Positions 42,701 to 51,700 of a DNA stretch of 64,000 nt are shown here, in pieces (position 1 is the stretch's first letter; the number at the start of each line of letters is the position of its first letter). The DNA is from an uncultured Eubacteriales bacterium (lineage in GTDB: Bacteria; Bacillota; Clostridia; TANB77; UBA1234). Location of the stretch: NCBI GenBank assembly GCA_964400015.1, contig CAYNRR010000001.1, positions 113,275 to 177,274 of the forward strand, in the 5' to 3' direction. The notes beneath the pieces are model-generated. The model saw only the letters and a program-made list of their open reading frames with translations. It was not told where the DNA came from and searched no databases. The position numbers and the translations under genes were made by a program.

Positions 42701-45700
42701 GTAAGTGATCTTGGTAATGTTATTGAATCTGCAACTATCATGTTAGATAATCCATATTCCCCAATCTTTGCGATGCCCTCTGAAACTACTACACTTGTTA
42801 CTCTAGTATCATTACTCCATGGAGCATTTGATACTGTGTAATCTTTAATGTATCCAATTGTTCCATTTACTACTTCAAATAACAATGTTCCATCAAGTTT
42901 TAATATTGCTCTTGTGTCTGTTCCTGATTCACCTGTTGTATCCCAAATTTCTAAGCATATCCATTTTGCAACAAATTCTTTACTTACTACATTTCCAGCT
43001 GCGTCTTTAACCCATACAAAGTATGATTTATTTTCTGTAACTGTAAATGTGTTTGCTGTATTCCAAACATTACTATCTAAAGCAGGCATTTCATTTGTTT
43101 CTGTTAATGCATATCCTGTAACTTTAATATTATCTCTTGCAATTATTTCAAGTGTTTGTGAATTTTTCACCCAGTCTGTTTGAGAAATAATATTTTCAAT
43201 TACTGGTGCTTCTGTATCACGTACAACATATCTCGTTTCTTTATTACCATTTATTTCACTACAAATAGCAATAGATTCTTCAAGAATTGGTTCTACGCCA
43301 GAATATATTGTAGCTGCATTTGCAGTTATTTGACCATCATACCAGTAGAATTCGCCTACGTTTTCAATAGCAGTTTGTGTAGCTATTACTTCAACTAAAT
43401 CTCTTTGAGTAACATCTCCTGCTACACCAAAAGTTAATTTACCTTTATTTACTATACCTGTAATACCTGTAATTTTTACATTTTCAGATACGTTAACAAT
43501 TCCTTTTGAAGTAATTGCTGTATTAGAGCCATTTACTTCTACTGCTCCTTTTAATGTTAATGTTCCACCATCAACTACAATTAGGCTTGATGTACTTGTT
43601 CCATCTGTTGTGCTTTGTGAAATTGTTCCTAATCCTTCAATTGTTAAGTTACCTTTTACAGTTATAAAGTCATTAACTTTTATTGTTGAATTATTTCCAT
43701 TAAGTTTTAATGTTAAAGTTTTTGAGCTTTCAACTACTGCAACTGTATTTTCAGTTACTTCGTTTAATTGAATTATTATTGCTCCATCTTTAGCACCTGC
43801 AAATGCTGATGCTAATGTTTCATAATAATTTGTACCATCAGTGTAATTTGCACTTAATGTACCAACTACTACTGTTGCAGTTGCTGCAGAGTAGTTAATT
43901 GATTCATCCAATGTAACAGTAATAATTGTAGAACCTGTGCCTTTTGAAATAATTTCAATAGTCTTTCCTGTCAAATCTATGTTTCCAGCAGTTGCTACGC
44001 TAGTATCTGCTGATTCAACTGTAATCGTACTTTCAACATTTGATGTGTAATTTAAAATTCCTGTGTTACCTTGTGTTATGTTTAACTGAGTTGGTGTAAC
44101 TACAAATTCAGGAGTTGCTTTATTTATCTTAAAGCTTGCTGTTTCATTTATTAGTACGTAGTTGTTTGCATTTGCTCTTCCACCTGTTACACTTGCGATT
44201 CTTGTTTTAGCTATATAGTTACCAGCATCTACTTTAATATATTTTGTAAGTGTTACTACTTCGCCATCAACTACAGATTCTGTATGTACTTCTGGTCCTT
44301 GCTCTGTTCCGTTATATGTGAATGTAAATGGTCCATCCCAAATTGCTGCAATTGATTTTTTAGCAATTGTCCATATTACTTCTTCAGTAATTTCTTCACC
44401 TTTATCCCATTCGCAATCATCTGGATCTGTTAATATATATTCGGCTTTATATGTACCTGCATCAGTTCCAGTGTTGCCTGTAACTTCCATGTATTTTTCG
44501 TTATATCCATCTGGTATAAATTCTTGTTCTTCACCGTTATATACAAGTGAATTATCATCTTTTGGAAGTGTTACAACTTTTTTAGCTATTGTATCGCTAA
44601 CATTATTAGCTTCATCTGCTAAATCATAGAATTTTGCTTCTTCATATTCGCCATAATTTCCTGTAACTTCAACATAGATATACTTTCCAACTAATCCTTT
44701 GCCTACTGTATAAGTCTTGTTTGTTGCACCCTCAATTGGTGTTCCACCGTTTGTAGACTTTATGTCACATATGTACCATTGGTAAGTATAATTTTCTTCT
44801 GGTATTGTTGATGAAGTAATCTTCGCTGTTAATGTAGAATCGTATTCATTTTTACCTTCTACCTTAACTGTTGCTTCAATTCCTCCAACTTGTACTTTTC
44901 TTGTTAATGACATAAATGTTGTATATGTTGCATTTTCGTCATATGGATTTTTGTATTCAAGTGTATATACTACGTCATAAACACCCATTGTACTAAAGTC
45001 TATATCTTCAACACCTGTAATTGTTACTCTGTAATCTCCGATATTTTCATCTTCTAAAGTTTCTGGCATTTCATCTGCAATCTTGTATCCGTATTCTGTA
45101 TATGAACCACCTAGATTTACTTTCACTCTTTCATCGCCTATTAGTGATAATAGAGATTTAATTCTATCGGCAGTAAATTGATTGATATATGAACTATTTG
45201 CTTCATATAAAGCTTCTGCTGTTTGGCTTGATACATATAAAGTAGCTGGTGTATTTCTTACACCTATACCAACACTATTTATAGCCATCATATCTGATGA
45301 TGTTTCAACACTTCTGTTTGAGATTATCTTTTGAAGGTTTTCACAACCATTAAACATGTAATAACCATTTAAAGTATTAAATTTTTCACCTAATACTAAT
45401 GTTTCTAAATTTGTACAATTTTGGAACATAGAGAACAGTGGACCTCTTCCACGCAATTGTTGAGGTTCTCCTGCATTGCTTGTATCAAAGCTACTCAAAT
45501 CTAATTTTGTTAAAGAACTACAATTTGTAAACATACCGTACATTGCTGTAACTTCACTAGTATTAAAATTAGTTACGTCTAATGATAATAAAGAAGAACA
45601 ATTATTAAACATCTCAGCCATTACTGTTACGTTAGATGTTTCAAAACTTCTTAAGTCTAATTCTTCTAAACTTGTACATCCACTAAACATGCTTTCAAAT

Positions 45701-48700
45701 GATGTTGCATCTTGTGTTGATATATATTCTATGTTATCTATTTCAGTCATATTGCTATATCCATAGAATAATTTTGCACCATATGCTGCTGTTATTCTAG
45801 CTGATGCTACTATGTATTGATCATAATATTGTGTTCCATCTTTTAGCTCTGATGGTACTATGTATGACATTACTGTCTTATGACCATTTACAAGTGATAC
45901 GTCCCATGAATCAACATAGTTTGTTGGTATTTTGTTAGTGAATATAACTTTTGTTACTTGTGAAGCGTTATATGTAGTTGCTTCATTTGCTCTATATGCA
46001 CCCAACATAGCTCCTGTTGCAGTTTCTCTCTCCATAAGTTCTGGCGCACCTTTTATAACGATTTCTCTTGTTATATTCATTACTTCTTTTGTCGTACCAT
46101 TTTCTGTGTAATTTAAAGTATATGTTATTGTTTGTGTGCATACTTCACTTGTGTCAATTGATGTTTTATCTACGGTTACTGAGTATCCGTATTTTGTATA
46201 ATTTGTTGCATTAGCACTATCAAATCCTGCAACTGTTGCTCCTTTTTCTGTGTAGCTTTCGCCTTTTATCTTGTATGTTGGATTATCTCCATTTAGTTCT
46301 AGTATTGTTCTTATTCTGTCTGAACCTAGTGCTGTTTCATAAGGAGTTGTTGCCTCATAATTTACTTTTGCAGTTTGGTTTGGCACATATAAGATTGCAT
46401 TTGTTGCTGTGTCAAATCCAACTGAAGCTGTTGTTGTCATCGACTCTGCTCTTTGTGCAATAATTCTGCTTAAAGAAGTATCGCCTGCAAACATATTTGC
46501 TCCAGATATTTTTGTAAAGTTTTCGCCTAGTACTATTGTTTCTAAGTTTGTGCAATTTTCAAACATTGATTTCATTGATGTAACATTTGTTGTATTAAAG
46601 TTTCTTAAATCTAATTCTTTTAGTCCTGTACATTCTGCAAATGTGTAATCTGTTTTTGTTATCTTTGAAGTATCGATATTAGACCAATCGAAAGTTTGCA
46701 TTGATTTAATATTTTTAAACATTCCATACATACTTGTAGCTCTTGATACGTCAACAATTTCAAAATTATTGATCGAAATACAATTTGTATAGTCTGCAAA
46801 TAACATAGACAATCCAAGTGGTGATATTAAAACTTTGTTATCTGAACCTATATATAAATTGTCATCTTTTACCCATGCTAATATGCTTTCATCTTGTGCC
46901 TCAGATACATCCCAGCTAGTAGCACCTGCTGGTACATTTGTATTTTCTACAAATGTAACTGATTTAATTTTGTCTGATGTAAATTGTGTATATCCAGCTT
47001 CTTCTGCACCTATTACATATGTAGCATATGGTTTTGATGTGGCATCTAACGAATAGTTTCTAATCATTAGATATGGTGCTAAGTATGCTGTTTCGTATTT
47101 TTTACCGTTTATTGTTTCTTCACTCTTATATACATCATATCCATCTGCAATCGATGTTATATCTCCACTATAGGCATTAGTTCTACCTTTTAATATACCA
47201 TCATAAAATCCAAAACCGTTCGGTGAAGTAATAGCATATGTTTTACCTATAATGCTTGGTGTAGTTGTACTAACTGTTTCATCATTTGAACCAATTACAA
47301 TTTTACCAGTTGATGGATTGTTAATTGCTTCTCCATATTCTGATATTAGAGTACCACCAGTAATATTTACTGTATTTGATGTTGAATAATTTCTGATTGC
47401 GTAACTGCCTTTTGATTTAAGCTCTCCACCAGATATGTTTACTATACCTGTTTGTTTTTCATCTGTTCTAATTGCATATCCGTTTGATTCAATTGTACCA
47501 CCACTAATATTTATTATGAATTCTTTAGTTTTATATAGATTACAATATATACCATTAGTTTCACTAATAATTTTTCCACCTGTTACATTAACTGTTGCCT
47601 GTTCTTCATCAATTATTATCGCAGCATTTCCATCGTTTAATGTGATTTGGCCTGCCTTAATATTTAGTATTCCAGCTTTTAAATGAAGCACACAGTTCAT
47701 ATTATTTATTAGTGTAACTTCTTCTATATTTAGAGTTCCATACGTCGAAATCAAATATTCTAAAGTTGTATTATCGTCTGCTAGTTTTATCACACCATCG
47801 CCGTTAATTGTCAATGTACCTAAATTAGCAATTCTTTTGCCTGTTAGTGTTATTGTATGTCCGTTTGTGTTGATTGTTATATCTTTTCCACTTTCAACTA
47901 TTAGTTCTGATGTATCTGTATTATCTGCTTCTACTTTAATTGTTCCTTTTGTTCCTGTGATTGATGCATAAGCTTCTGCTAATGTATCGAACATTACTCC
48001 ATCTACACTATAGTTTGATGCTGTTACTGTTACTTTGGCTGAATTTGATATTGTTCCTACAAGTTTTTCTTGTGTCATTTTTGCATTTGGATATGCACTA
48101 TTTGATAATACGCATCTGTATTCATAACCATTCATTGCTTGTGTTAGACCTGTTGTTGTAAATGTTGCCGTTGTTCCATTTGTTCCTTGTGCATCTGTTA
48201 CGTTTGTCCAAGTACCTGTAGCACTTGTTCTGTATTGCCATTGATAATTTATATCTGCTGGATTACCTGCTGTTGCAGTAACTGTGAATGTTGCTTTATG
48301 TCCTGCATTTACACTTACGTCTGTAGGTTGTGCATCTATCATTGGTGGATAATATATCTTTGTATTTTCAGCAGTATAGTGAGTTCCACTTACAAATTTA
48401 TCTGCAACATCTTTTGACATTGTATATATTACAGAGTTTGCTTGAAGATTTGTAAATGCTTCTGTTCCTATTTCTATAATTGATGTTGATTTCAAGTATA
48501 CTTCTGCTATATTTTTTGCTCCTGCATATGCGTAATCTGCTATGTTTTCAACATTTGCATTTATTATATGAGTTGCTGTGCCATTTCCTGCTGGATATGA
48601 TACAACTGTTTTTCCGTCATATGTTAGCAATGCTATGTTTTCTACTTTGTAATTTGTATTACCTGTTGCTATTGAGAAGCCTGTAATGTTTGATCCCATA

Positions 48701-51700
48701 AATGGATTTGCTCCCATGCTTGCAACTTGTACAGGTATTGTTAAAATACCTGTCATGTTTTTAGTATCTGCTAATGCAAAATCTCCTATTGCTTTTAGTT
48801 GTGTTGGTAATGTAATTGTTGTAATTGCAGTACCTCTAAAAGCATTGTTTCCTATGCTTGTTACGGTTGAGTCAATACTAATTTCAGTAATTTTTGAAGT
48901 ATATGAATTCCATGGTGTATCTGCTGTTGTAAAGTCTTTCATTTCTCCCATACCTGTTATTAGTAATTGGTATTTTGTATTGTCTTCGTTGTTTATTAAG
49001 TATGCCCAAACATTATCTACTCCTGCATTTTTTGAAATATTCCATGCTTGTTTTAATGATGCAACTTCGTAGTGCATTCCATCAATTTCTTCGTGATAAT
49101 TGTATATTGCTGTGTTGTTTGGTGTCACTACGTTTGTTTTATCTACTGCATTTATTCCACCTTTTATTAAACCATCATAGAAAACTATATTTGAGCCATC
49201 AGTATATACCCCATAACCTTCACCAATGATTGTTACTAAGTTATCGTTTATAATTCCATCATCTGTACCAATAGTTAATATGGCGTTATCAGATATATAT
49301 ATAGCTGATGTGTATGTTGCTCCACCGTTATCTACGGCACTAATAGTTCCACCATTTACATTTAAAGTACCACCATTTACATGCATATATAGAGCAATTG
49401 TATAAAGACCATCTTCCATAGTTGTATCACGGTTTATTGCAATAGTTCCACCATTTACATTTATTGTGCCACCATAATCTAATATTGTACTTTGTATGAT
49501 TCCAACATTTTCAGCACTTACTGTACTTGTTAACGTACCTGAATTTATATTTGTAACAGCTCCATAATTATTAAATAAAATTTCATACTCTCCCGTTCTT
49601 TCACTTACATTTAATTCTATTGTCGCTGTTTCTATATTTAGTTCTCTGTCATTTTGAATTAAGTTAATGTCGTTTCCAACAAGTGATCCAGCACCAGTTA
49701 TATTAAGTACGCCGTAGTTTACTATTCCTCTTTCATTTTTTGTTAGAGCGTATGTACTTAAATCTAATGTAATATTTTTGTTTGTTGGAATTATTGCATT
49801 TACAACATCTGTGCAATCTCTCATAACTTCAACTGTACCTGTTGTAGTAATTGATTCGATTGCAGATTCTAATGTTGAGTAATATTTTTCTCCAACACGA
49901 TAATTTCCTAAAGCAATTGCTATAGTTCTTGTTTGTGTATCTACTACTGTTGTTTCATTTGCTTTATTTGTATATTTCAATGTGTAAGTAATTGTTTTGT
50001 CACCTAGTGTGCTTGTATCTATTGGTAATCCTGCTGTTTCAACTGTGTAACCTAAATCGTTGTAATTTGTAGCGTTTGTGCTATCCCAATCAAATACTGT
50101 TACTCCAGCGTCTACATATTCAGTACCTGCTTCCATTTTTGCTGGGTTATCCCCTAATAAGCTCATGAAAGGCTTAATCTTTTCTGCACCTAGCAATGAA
50201 ATATATGTGCTGTTTGCTTCATACAATGCTTCATCAGAAGTCGTTGGCACGTAAAGAATTGCTTTTTTATCAGATAAGCTGTTATCTGTTGCAATTTGCA
50301 TTAAATCGCTTTCACTCCTTACACTACGTAAAGAAATTATTCTTTCAAGTTTTGTGTTGTTAAGGAAAATGTATTTACCATCAAGTCTAGTAAATTTTTC
50401 ACCTAGTATTACAGTTCTTAAATTTGTACAGTTAGATATTAAAGCAGTTGTATCTGTAAGTGCTTTGCCTGTATCTGCCCACTTATACGCACCTGTAACG
50501 CCATCTAATGCAGAAGTGTCAAAGCTCGATAAATCTAAGAATGTTAAACTTCTACAGTTGTCAAACATTGATGCCATACACTTAGCAGACGAAGTATCGA
50601 AACTTGTAACATTTAATTCCGTTAGAGAATAGCATCCCTTGAACATATGATCAAAATTCGTAACTTTAGATGTATTAAACATAGATACATCTACGCTCTT
50701 TAGTGATTGACAATCTGCAAACATTTCGGCCATATTTGTTATTTTACTTGTATCGAATTGATTGCCTAAATCTAACTCTGTTAAAGCTTTACAGTTATAG
50801 AAAATATGATACATGTTTGTTACATTGCTTGTATTGAACTGAGTTCCCAAATTTAATGTTTCTATCGATGTACAACTTGCGAACATATAACTCATATCTG
50901 TTACTTTACTTGTATCAAATTTTTCTCCCAAATCTATTGCTGACAATAATGTACATCCTCTGAACATAAGTCTTGTAGTAGTAAGTGCTCTTGTGTCAAA
51001 TTGTTTTCCTAAATCTAATGTTGTTAATGAGCTACAATTTTGTAACATGTTACTCATATTCTTTACTTTTATTGTATTAAAGTTTTCACCTAAATTTAAT
51101 TTTGTTAATGAACCACAAGAATAAAACATAGCAGACATACTTGTTACATTGCTTGTATCAAAGTTCGTACCTAAGTTTAATTCTTTTAGTGCACTACAAC
51201 CTGAAAACATTGATTCCATCAATGTTACATTGCTTGTATCAAATCTAGATATGTCTAATGTCTTTAATTTTTTACAATTTCTAAACATTCCAAACATGTT
51301 AGTTGCATTGTTTGTTGTTAAATATTCTATGTTTTTTATCTCTGTCAAATTTGAATATCCATCAAATAACATACACGTATATTTAGCATTTATTGTATTA
51401 GTTGCAACAAAATATTGTGCATAGCATTGTGTATCGCCACTCATTGTTGATGGTACTAAGTATGATGTTACTGTATCTGGTGCACTTGTTGAAGAAACAT
51501 CCCAACTAACAGTAGCATTTGATGCTGCTGTGTCTGTGAATATTACTTTTGTTATAAGGTCAGGTGTATATTCTGTTTTTCCTGCTCTATATGCACCTAT
51601 TACATATTTGTTTGTAATGTATCCATCAATTCCTTCTCTTTCCATCAACTCTATTTTTACTTCTGCATATACACTTTCTGTTTCTATTGGTTGTACTACG